The translations under genes were made by a program, and so were the position numbers. 64,000 nt of DNA from Minutocellus sp. GHC0000111. Taxonomy: Eukaryota. The stretch is taken from assembly GCA_977018835.1 (NCBI GenBank), contig OZ361260.1:124001-188000 (forward strand). Reading direction: 5' to 3'. Positions 50,101-59,129 of the stretch are shown piece by piece. Every line of letters begins with the position of its first letter. The stretch's first letter is position 1. The notes below the pieces were generated by a model. It was given only the letters and a program-made list of their open reading frames with translations, was not told the origin of the DNA and ran no database searches.

Positions 50101-50444
50101 CGCGAGAAGCAGGGTCGGGTCGCACGGATGTGGCCCTTGTGAGGATTGAGCAGATTGCTCCCTTCCCATTCGATCGAATTGCCAGCAATGTCAAGTGGTA
50201 TCCCAATGCTGAGGTCATCTTTGCTCAGCAAGAACCGAAGAACATGGGCGCTTACAGTTACTGCCTGCCTCGCATCATGACGGCGACTCGTGAGATTAAT
50301 GGCGACGAGAAAAGGCCGAGATATGTCGGCCGAGCCGTCAGCGCCGCCCCGGCGACTGGTATGGGCAAGATCCACCAGATGGAGTTCCAGAACATCCTCG
50401 ACGGCGTGTTCGGTAAGCCAAAATCTCTCGGAGTTGACAGTTAG
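47116..50444 (+). CDS. OGDH: 2-oxoglutarate dehydrogenase E1 component, mitochondrial; 5-bp duplication (GGGTC at 50112-50121) splits the ORF
   Basis: KRFGLDGGE, GMPHRGRLN, GDVKYHLG, HGDAAFAGQG, LWEAQFGDF, QQEPKNMG; mitochondrial-type presequence. Deleting one GGGTC yields KQGRTDVALVRIEQ. Confidence 0.97.
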
Positions 50445-50701
50445 AGAAAGACCCGACCGATTCAAGTAGATTAGGTAATAGGCTCTAGATGTACACATTT
50501 ATACAATTGATGTCGTTTGATTATATGTATATATGCCGTCTCGGGCCAAAGGAACCAACTTAGTAGCAGTATTTCAAGTGCTTTGCCGGTTCAATCATTC
50601 ACCACATCATTCACATTACTGGTTGTAGGGTACACATGATCTCACTCCTTCGACCCTTGCGTGCACTATCGATCAGATCCCTTTGCACGGAGTTCAACAA
50701 A

Positions 50702-50755
50702 AAAGATGCGTCAGAAACCGAGCTAAAAGAGACTCGGTATCGTCATTCCACCCCT
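50702..50755 (-). promoter_or_regulatory. Candidate SECIS element (atypical apical loop) in the 3' UTR of the UxxU gene
   Basis: AUGAC-GAUACCGAGU-loop CUCUUUUA-GCUCGGUUUC-UGAC: AUGA/GA quartet, 10-position helix II with 9 pairs, and a flanking AGGGGUG/CAUCUUU helix. Canonical apical AA is absent. Confidence 0.5.
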
Positions 50756-50820
50756 ATCATTGACTGCGCCGCTGGGAGTCATATTCTTCCTTCTATTGAT
50801 ACCTAGTCTGCTGGGCCTAG

Positions 50821-51510
50821 CTAGAGTATAATGCAGTGGCAGCAATTTCTGCAAGCCTGCCCACAGGTAGCTGTCTTGGGCAGTGTTTCTCCGTCGACCA
50901 CATCAAAGGTCTTGCCCTCCCGTTTCATCCTCACACATTGCTCGACCACATTCCAACATGCATCAGGGTTGGGCCTGCCTAGTGATCCTTGGAGATTGGC
51001 GGCTGTCGGGATGCATGCCCAACCCAGTGCAGGCCGATCGCCGACAAATATCAGCACGGCTGGTTGAACGGCTCCGTGTGGATAATTCTTCACGGTCAGT
51101 TCCGGGTCGAGCTCCATCATGCGCGAACAGTCGGTGATGTGAAGGTTAGGGAGGTGGGTGTCTTTGATGTACTGCACGAGTTTGTTCTCATGGTCGCCAA
51201 TGACCGCTGCGTAATTGGACAGATTCCAATTTCGCATGGCGGCACTGGAGGCGTCTTGCCGTTCGCTGGACAGTGCATAAAGTCTGATCGTGCAATTCTT
51301 GCTAGAAACATTGGCGGACGAAACGATGTGATCAAAGGCTGCCAAATAGTCTGGTCAGATGATTCACCAGATTCCTCTGTAAAATATAAAGCCAGTGATT
51401 TCATTCTCTTGCAATTGCTTATCAAACCATGTCTTGATGTTCCCATCGTCACCACCGCCTCGAAGAATTGACAATGCAATTTTCTCAGATTGGTTTACCA
51501 GAAGTTCCAT
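50821..51510 (-). CDS. Peroxiredoxin-like (AhpC/TSA, thioredoxin-fold) candidate selenoprotein with UxxU motif and C-terminal CaaX
   Basis: Continuous frame from ATG 51510: MELL..GFIFYRGIW-TGA-ATC-ATC-TGA-PDYLAAF..LYALSSE..IGD..YPHGAVQPAVLIF..NLQGSLGRP..CIIL-TAG. The TGAs at 51366-51364 and 51357-51355 sit at both Cys positions of FYRGxWCxxC. Confidence 0.8.
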
Positions 51511-52693
51511 TACCTGGTCACCAGCACCACCTGCAGCTGCAGCTGAAGCAGTAGCGGCGGCGGCATCGTGCACTTTCTTGGACTTGGGGGTAAACTGTCA
51601 GTTGGCGCACTTTGGAGCAGTCTCGGTCGTGGTCGCTGGCGGCGGCAAGGGGTTCTCATTGTCATTGTTTTCGCTACCGACACGTCACTCCGGGAAGAGA
51701 ACGTGCCATGAGACAATGACGGAGACCCACTGCCACCACCTACAGGCGTCATCATCCACCACCGCTGGCGTTAAGGACGCAGTACTTCTGTCCTAGACTG
51801 GTACTGTTGTTACTATTGGTATTGCAACAATCCTGACGAGACGTAGAATGGCACGAATGCGTCCTCGCAGTTTCTCCGAGGTCGGTTTTTTTGGCTGCCG
51901 AGCTTTCGTCTGGATGAGAAGAAGATGCGGAGATGGCTCCGACGGCACTTTTGATGAGTTTGTGAGATAGGCTGCAGATGCCGACGACGGCGTCGATTAT
52001 CAATCAGCACATGGCAGGGAGTTGCTGGTGGTATTGCTTGGCTCGAGGCTCTTTGTTGTTCGGTGAAATTGTGAGCACGCCACACAGAGCGCGCGGGAGT
52101 TGGTTCATGGTTGGTCCCGCGGTTCTGGCTCGTGAGAAAATCGACACATACGAGTCGTACATGATGTGTCGAACAACGGTCGTATCCGGCCCACTGTTAT
52201 GTTTGCTCCCCTGTCGCAAACCAAGGAACTGAAAAGAGAGCAGATATCTATACTCTAATAAAAATCCCTTCTGGAAGAGAGCGCATTGGTGATTGTTTTT
52301 TGGGGTCTTTCGGTTTTTCTCCGGCGGTGACCACTCATCAAGCACGAACTACGATTAGCACATCGTGCAAGAAAGGAGATCGTATTGGGAGGAATTGAAT
52401 TGGTTACCTGTCAGGATACGGGACTTGGTTGCATTGCATTCAAGAACATTCCTGAGGTGATTGGCTGTTCTATCTGAGCGTTGGGGGGCGATTGCATTGT
52501 TGTCTTTTGACCCAAGAAACCGAACGATTCAGATCCGACTAAGCTTCGCATTCGGCGAGAAAAGCAAGCAAGCAAGAAAAGCCGGCTGGATTGGTTTGAT
52601 TGATTCAATCCGACCATTTATTTGACAAAACACAACTCAGTAATCCAATTCAAGCACAAACAAAACGAAACGAATACAAGAAGAATCAAGACC

Positions 52694-55342
52694 ATGGGAA
52701 ACAGCAGCTCCTCTTCGTCGAGGTCGTCGTATCCTGGCAACCGAGGGAGCGCTTCGGCCTCACGAAACAATCGCCACACGGCCTCGGCGACGGCTCCCAC
52801 TGCATCTCGAACGCATACGGTGGTCCGCGGGTCGAATGTTCGTGCTGGGAGCAGCAGCACGTCCAGTGGAGGTAATCGGGTGGTAACAACGACTTACACC
52901 ACCGTCCCGCCGTCCGGAGGTGGCGGCGGTAGCTCCCAGCAGCAACCACCCCTCACCGCGCAGACCATCTCTCGACCGGGCGCGTATTCCATATCTCGGA
53001 ACGATGCGGGACCGACGCAAGTCTTTCGTGTAACAGTTCCGGCGGGAGTGGGTCCAAATCAGGAGTTCCAGGTGCACGCTGGATCCCGCGTCGTGCGGGT
53101 TCGGTGTCCTCCCGACGTTCGGCCGGGCCAGTCGCTCCAAATTACCGTCCCACCCGAACCAGTCGTTCGGCAAAATCAGCTAGGCATGGCGCCGCTTACC
53201 AGTGTGACGGGGGAGGGTGGTGGTGCTGTTCGAATGTCGTCTCAGGCCACCCTGACGAACCAACCGGTCATTGAGGCGGAAGAAGCACGACGCCGGCAGG
53301 AGGAGGAGAATCGGATTCGGCAGCAGCAGCAAGGAAGACGCTCGCCTCAGCCAGAAGACGATGATATCAATGCTCGCAATGGCAGCGGTGGAACCTCGAC
53401 GATATCCCCCCCTGATCCACCAAGTGCACCCTCGGCTCCCCCGGCTCCGCAGCAGCAGCAGGCCTACATGGTGGTGGTTCCACCGGGAGTTGTCCCCGGA
53501 TCGCACTTCCGCGTGTTGGTTGAGGGTCGGGAGCTGATGGTGCAATGTCCTCCTACGGCATATCCAGGGATGCAGGTCCGAATCGTCCCCCCAGCACCCG
53601 AGCCGCAGCCCTCATCTGGAGTTTCCGGAGTTACGGATTTGGATCGCCCTCCCGAAGACCTTCCTGTACCTTCGCCCCGTCCCCAACTCACTATGCAAAT
53701 GTTTGAAGTCATTGTCCCGCCGGGAGTTTCATCAAATCAGCCTTTCGCTCTACTAGCAGGCGGTCAGAGAGTTTTGGTAACGTGTCCTCCCAATGCCGGC
53801 CCGGGACAGAAGATCCGATTCCAACTCCCAGTGACACAGCCATCGTCCAAGATGATCGAGAGTCTCAAAATGAACTACGATTCCATCAAGGATGGATGGA
53901 CGAGGACTATCCGTGTCACCGACATGAAGTTCCAGTGGGTGAGGATGGATGAACAGGGCGATGTAGATCTTAGCCCGCGTTTCAACATCGATCGGTCGGC
54001 CTATGTTCGTAGGCTCATATTTCTCGAGGGCAATGATGAGAGGATGCGAACTGGCATGCTCAGCTTGGTTCCAGCATCAGAGGCTGCGGTGGATTCCAAG
54101 GTGACCAGTAAGGATGACGGAAAAGGACGCGAGATTGTTGGATATGCCGATATCATGACCGCCCAGGGCCATGACTTTGCTGAAAAGGCGCAGTGGTTCC
54201 ATGATACCTGTTCGCGGCTGACTGTGGACTGGAATGAGGGCCACATGCGCATTACCGTTCGGCGACAATTCCTACTGGCCGATTCAATCGCGGCTGTTAT
54301 GAGTCTCAGTCGACATGATCTGCGGAAGATATGGCGCTTCGAGTTCATGGGTGAGCCAGGTGTTGATGCTGGTGGTTTGGCCCGAGAGTGGTTTCAGCTG
54401 GTAACAGAACAAATCTTCGACCCCGACAGGGGACTGTGGTTGTCCGAAGCTGGGAACCAGATGAACATGCGCATCAACCCCTTGTCTAAAGTGTCTTGCC
54501 CTGAGGATCATTTGCTCTACTTTCGCTTTCTCGGTCGCGTCATGGGAAAGGCTCTCTTCGACCAACGCCTTGTAGCATGCCACATGACTCGCCACCTGTA
54601 CAAACATATTTTGGGGTGGCCAATTACCTTTGGCGATCTCGAGCTGGTCGATGAAGAGTACTACAAGCAGCTGAAGTCCATCACCAAAATGAAACCAGAC
54701 GAAATTGAATACCTTTACCAAGACTTCACCTGTACGGAAGATGTTTTGGGAGTCAAGGAATCATTCGATCTGATACCAGATGGTGCAAATGTCGAGGTCA
54801 CAAAGGACAATGTGCCTGAATATCTAGAAGCGTGCCTGAAATACAAGATGCTCGATAGAACCAAGCCTCAAATGACGGAACTACTTCTCGGATTCTTTGA
54901 CGTTATCCCCGAGCCTCTTCTCACCGTATTTGACTTCCAAGAGTTGGAATTGCTGATGTGTGGTCTTCCTACAATCGATGTTGATGATTGGGTGTCCAAT
55001 ACTATATATAAGGGGAAATTCGAGTCCAAGCGGGGCTCCCACCAAGTTTGTCGTTGGTTTTGGGAGATAGTCAGAGATGACTTTGATCATGAGATGCGCG
55101 CACGATTGTTGCAGTTTGTTACGGCCACGAGCGGTGTACCCTCCCGAGGATTTTCTGTGCTTCAGGGCAACGACGGCAATATCAAAAAGTTCTGCATCAA
55201 TGGTGTTGATGTCGACACGTGCCTATACCCAAGAGCCCACACATGCTTCAACCGAATCGACCTCCCTGTTTATGACAGCAAGAAAGTTCTCTCCGAGAGA
55301 CTGAAAGTTGCAATATATACTGAAGGTTTCGACATGGAATAG
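52694..55342 (+). CDS. HECT-type E3 ubiquitin ligase with N-myristoylation-like start and three VP-G-rich repeats
   Basis: FMGEPGVDAGGLAREWF, LLQFVT, YPRAHTCFNRIDLP (catalytic Cys), terminal EGFDME; start MGNSSSS. Confidence 0.95.
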   Translation: MGNSSSSSSRSSYPGNRGSASASRNNRHTASATAPTASRTHTVVRGSNVRAGSSSTSSGGNRVVTTTYTTVPPSGGGGGSSQQQPPLTAQTISRPGAYSISRNDAGPTQVFRVTVPAGVGPNQEFQVHAGSRVVRVRCPPDVRPGQSLQITVPPEPVVRQNQLGMAPLTSVTGEGGGAVRMSSQATLTNQPVIEAEEARRRQEEENRIRQQQQGRRSPQPEDDDINARNGSGGTSTISPPDPPSAPSAPPAPQQQQAYMVVVPPGVVPGSHFRVLVEGRELMVQCPPTAYPGMQVRIVPPAPEPQPSSGVSGVTDLDRPPEDLPVPSPRPQLTMQMFEVIVPPGVSSNQPFALLAGGQRVLVTCPPNAGPGQKIRFQLPVTQPSSKMIESLKMNYDSIKDGWTRTIRVTDMKFQWVRMDEQGDVDLSPRFNIDRSAYVRRLIFLEGNDERMRTGMLSLVPASEAAVDSKVTSKDDGKGREIVGYADIMTAQGHDFAEKAQWFHDTCSRLTVDWNEGHMRITVRRQFLLADSIAAVMSLSRHDLRKIWRFEFMGEPGVDAGGLAREWFQLVTEQIFDPDRGLWLSEAGNQMNMRINPLSKVSCPEDHLLYFRFLGRVMGKALFDQRLVACHMTRHLYKHILGWPITFGDLELVDEEYYKQLKSITKMKPDEIEYLYQDFTCTEDVLGVKESFDLIPDGANVEVTKDNVPEYLEACLKYKMLDRTKPQMTELLLGFFDVIPEPLLTVFDFQELELLMCGLPTIDVDDWVSNTIYKGKFESKRGSHQVCRWFWEIVRDDFDHEMRARLLQFVTATSGVPSRGFSVLQGNDGNIKKFCINGVDVDTCLYPRAHTCFNRIDLPVYDSKKVLSERLKVAIYTEGFDME

Positions 55343-55472
55343 ACCAAAAATACAGAGCAATGAATAATCGAACATGTACAATATTTGTGATATGTTTGTG
55401 GTACCGCGAAAAGCGCTAGCGTATGCGTGCCTGGCGCGTCAAGCAAGTAGCTGAACCTTGCATTTACGATTC

Positions 55473-55960
55473 TTAGATATAAATGTTCTCAGCACCAAAC
55501 TCCCTCTCGGCTGCTCTTCTTGCGCAGTGGAACATCAATGCCTCTGTATCGTGCTTTTCGACAACTTCCTCTTCCTGTCCATCTTCTCTTTCGACCTTGA
55601 TGGTCGGTGCTTCGTCAAATTTGTCCGCGCGGTCGTTCATTTCCATTTCGATTTCTTCCGTGGGAACGTTGATGCGACTTAAATCGCCGCCGACACTGCT
55701 CATTGCACGAACTTGATACTGACATGCGCGCGTCAGAAACCACATGGTTGAGAATGCTTCTTCAAGGCGTGAACCTACTACCAATGGACCGTGGTCTTCC
55801 AACATCATGACCTTATTTGTTGGTCCCAAGCTCTCCAAAAAGCGCGGTTGCTCATCAAGTGAATTGACGCTTCCTTCGTATGGATGATAAGCGATCCCTT
55901 TGGCCAGTGCAAACGTTGCTTCCTGTGACGGTGGTAAGAGCCCTGTTGATATCCCCTCTA
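55473..55960 (-). pseudogene. Class II aldolase/adducin-family C-terminal half; 5' part not found
   Basis: GLLPPSQEA..IAYHPYEG..LGPTNKVMMLEDHGPLVVG..LEEAF..LTRACQYQ. No N-terminal half or ATG seen directly upstream. Confidence 0.65.
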
Positions 55961-57935
55961 GCGGAGGGCAGACCAATCAATCCCTAGCACTCGAGCATCG
56001 ACCTAAATATGACCGTTGGGATCGATGACGTGCTAAGTTGGAGCCATGAGCCACAGTCGCTCATATTTAATCTGTTACGTAGCTGATTGATATCCACCAA
56101 TCAGCTGTACCTTAGCACGAGTACCTGGTCGAGTATAGGCCACATCAATACAGCTACGTGCAGACTTCCGTCCCGCACCTCGATCGGCATTCATGGCTGG
56201 CGCAAATAAAAATTGATGGTCGGTCGGCCGTCTGGTCACGACTGAAGATTTCCAGCTAGCTCCTGTGATTAATCACCCCAGGAAATTTCTATTGCGTACC
56301 AATGTGGCATAACATGGTTCAAGATGCAATCGCTGGGCGTTCGGTTGAAGTTGTGATGCGCAGATGCACAGATGCACAGATGCGCAGATGCGATCGATGC
56401 ATGGCGGATTGTCTGTTGTCGTCATCCGTCCGTTGTCCGACCAGCACAGCTCACTCAACTCCACCAATCGCATTGGCATTTGAGTTTGCGTCACTGCTGA
56501 TGTAATCTCAAATAAAAGCGCTCCGCAACATCACAATGCTACCCAATGACGAAAACTCCCAAACCCCCTGCTGAACGAGCCCATCGTGCTCCACCTCCCA
56601 AACGCTTGATGATGTCAGTCAAGCAAGAAGTTTCGGACGAACGAAACATGAAGCGCACGGACGGAGCAGGCATCGAGTGTGGCATGGTCGCAAGATGTTT
56701 CATTGCTCTACTGCCCCCACCGATGACAGGATTGGCGTTAATGGCACGTATTTTGGCGTTAACAGGCATTAGATTAATGATGACTTGATAGCATTTCATC
56801 ATGCAGTCGAACAAACAAAAAACAAGAAGAAGAATGCAGTCAGTGACTGACTTGCCCAAAAAAATTCATTGCTTAAGCACTGTATATTTTCTAACCCTAA
56901 CCCAAACCCCGACAACGATGCTAGATCTAGATCTACATGCTTTTATGTAGACCAGGCGCATGTTTACATGCATCAACAGGCTCAAGACTGCCGACCGGTA
57001 ACTTTGGGCCGGCACCGGTGCGTTGGCGTCACGCACAACCTGTCTGTCATCCGGTCCTGAGCCCCATCATTTTCTCCCGGATTATAAAAGGCTTTCCCCC
57101 CTACACTTATATTTTCTTGTGCTTGTTTCGCACTTGTTTTTGGCGTTCAAACCTCACTTTGACTCGTCGCCATCGCCCACTCTTTCACTGCATGCCTGAC
57201 AGCCAGAGCCATGATTGTTGAACATGATCTTGCCATCGTCGTCGTCGCCAGTGATGTGCACGGCCGCCTCTCATCGCGGCAGCGGCCGCCGCTGATCGTT
57301 CTTCTGGCTCTTCTCGCTCCCGTCGAGCGCATGCTGCCGCCTCGGACACTCCATCGTGGCGCTGGTTCGCTTTTGAGCTCAACGACTCAACCAACTCTCC
57401 CTCCTTCACTAGGCCAGCATTCGACCTCCACTTTCACCACCGTTCCATGCCGGGGAGACGATGGCCGCCGTCGTCGCCATAACCGCCACCATGTCACCAC
57501 CACCGCCATGACTCGGTCGGTCCGGTCCTTCGAGTGGTTGTCCTCTCCTCCCTTCCACAGTTGGACAGTTTGGCCATGCGGTTCCACGCTGGCGTTCAAC
57601 GCGCACGTACGTTCCGTTGATTGTGGATGTTCATGGTAAGTTTTGCTTACGCAATAATTACGAAACATCGATGAAACGGAAAAACTGCTGATCGATTGGA
57701 AGAATGATGGAAAGACGGCACGATGTGGAGCATCTTTTCGCATTGCTTGCATCTGCATCTGGCGCATTCATTTCACTCATCTTGCTCCCTCCACTGTGTT
57801 CCGACACACTCTTTTGTCCACATAATATCAACAGACCAGTCATCCACCAGACCATTGATTCGTCCGAGGGCATCTTGTATCTTTGCTTCCTTTTCAACAT
57901 GTAAGTTTTGCGGCTTGTTCTTTTTTTTTTTTCAG

Positions 57936-58745
57936 CACATCTTGTGGTGTTTCGGCGGCATTTTTTGGAACGCCGAGTCCTTCTACCGGTCACTGGCGCG
58001 CAACCCACAAGTGAAATTCGTCGGCGATGACAGGCAGCAGTGCCTCGACCGGTTCTTTGGTGGCCTGTCCACTGCAAGCAAGGAGGCGGTGGAGGAGAAG
58101 GAAGAAATCGCCACGGCGTGTGTCGACAAGGACCTGGGGTCAACAATTGTCCGTGGGAACTTTACCAACAACATGCACGCCGCTCTGTCCCTCATCGAAC
58201 AAAACAAGACAATGTGGGAAAACAGAAAAGTGTGCGGTTGGTGCCACAACGTGTTGAACGGACACCGACACTGGCGCAAAGCTCCTCTCCACCCCTGGCA
58301 GGTAGCGCTGCTCAAGGAGCACCGATTCCATGAGCGCATGGAAGAGCACCAAAGTGCGGAGAACAGGAGCATTCGCGCTCAAGCTGGTCATCGCCAGCGC
58401 ACATCCAGCAACGATGGCGAGTTCATCGGCAACGTAAGAAAGTTAGCCAACCACCTCCGAAGTCCAGGCGCTGGGCGAAAGAAGTGGAAACATCCCTCTA
58501 AAAATGCCAAAGACCCTGTTGAAAGAGACTTAGCATTTTTTGTTAGGGCCGTCCGGCAGGGGAAGAAAACAAGTGGAGGGGAAGATGGCAAAAGGCACGG
58601 ACACAAGATTGCTCCAATCCGCATGAAGTACCTCGAGGCCATCAACTTTGAGTTTGTTGGACAACCAGGCAAACCCACTTTTTGCGAGCCATTTGAGGAA
58701 GGCTGGGAGGACAAGCTTCTTGCCAAGTTGAACGCCTCCAACTGA
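57936..58745 (+). CDS. Helicase-associated (HA)-like domain protein, terminal exon; upstream exons unclear
   Basis: Poly-T/CAG acceptor ending at 57935. P..DPVERDLAFFVRAVRQ..IRMKYLEAINFEF resembles the HA-domain consensus. Confidence 0.5.
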   Translation, partial: HILWCFGGIFWNAESFYRSLARNPQVKFVGDDRQQCLDRFFGGLSTASKEAVEEKEEIATACVDKDLGSTIVRGNFTNNMHAALSLIEQNKTMWENRKVCGWCHNVLNGHRHWRKAPLHPWQVALLKEHRFHERMEEHQSAENRSIRAQAGHRQRTSSNDGEFIGNVRKLANHLRSPGAGRKKWKHPSKNAKDPVERDLAFFVRAVRQGKKTSGGEDGKRHGHKIAPIRMKYLEAINFEFVGQPGKPTFCEPFEEGWEDKLLAKLNASN

Positions 58746-58981
58746 GATGGGGAACGCACGTTGTGGGACTGCAGCGCAAGACGTCAATAGTAGTGAAAGT
58801 GCAGTCATCGTTTTTCATGTAGGAGTTACTGTTACTGTCTATTTGGCCCGCCGAAGAGTGAGCAGGGTGATGCTGTCGACGATTCCACCACCGACCGACG
58901 CGACGCGACCCGATGATGGGAAACCCGGAGGCGCTGAGTTGACCTGCAGTCGGTCAAGGTGGTGAGCGATTCCGAAGTGGC

Positions 58982-59073
58982 CTCGATCAAAATGCAAATC
59001 CAGCATTGTCCGTTTGCAAGTCTACGTCGCACTCGATCAAAATGCAAATCCAGCATTGTCCGTGTGCAAGTCT
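58982..59073. repeat. 42-bp direct repeat, period 50, one mismatch
   Basis: CTCGATCAAAATGCAAATCCAGCATTGTCCGT(T/G)TGCAAGTCT at 58982 and 59032. Confidence 0.9.
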
Positions 59074-59129
59074 GCTTTACCAGCATTATCTTAGACCTAA
59101 TCTGTTGGGTCACCGGTAAACAACGCACA

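Noticed and set aside
13740..50125. Programmed ribosomal frameshifting as an explanation for the split genes
   Set aside because: Shifts differ in direction and size, and no common slippery site or stimulatory structure is visible; sequencing error is simpler.
50545..50600. Second SECIS-like hairpin (AUGAU-UGAACCGGC-AAAG..GUUGGUUC) on the minus strand
   Set aside because: It has AUGA and AAA but no 3' GA to complete the quartet.
51351..51367. GT..AG micro-intron (GTGAATCATCTGACCAG) that would remove both TGAs
   Set aside because: Only 17 nt, far below the other introns here. It would shift the frame and delete the active-site motif.
56891..56909. Telomere-like CTAACC repeats
   Set aside because: Only about three imperfect units; insufficient to call an interstitial telomere.
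58982..59073. Direct repeat as a possible CRISPR array
   Set aside because: Two units with an 8-bp gap, eukaryotic context and no cas genes.
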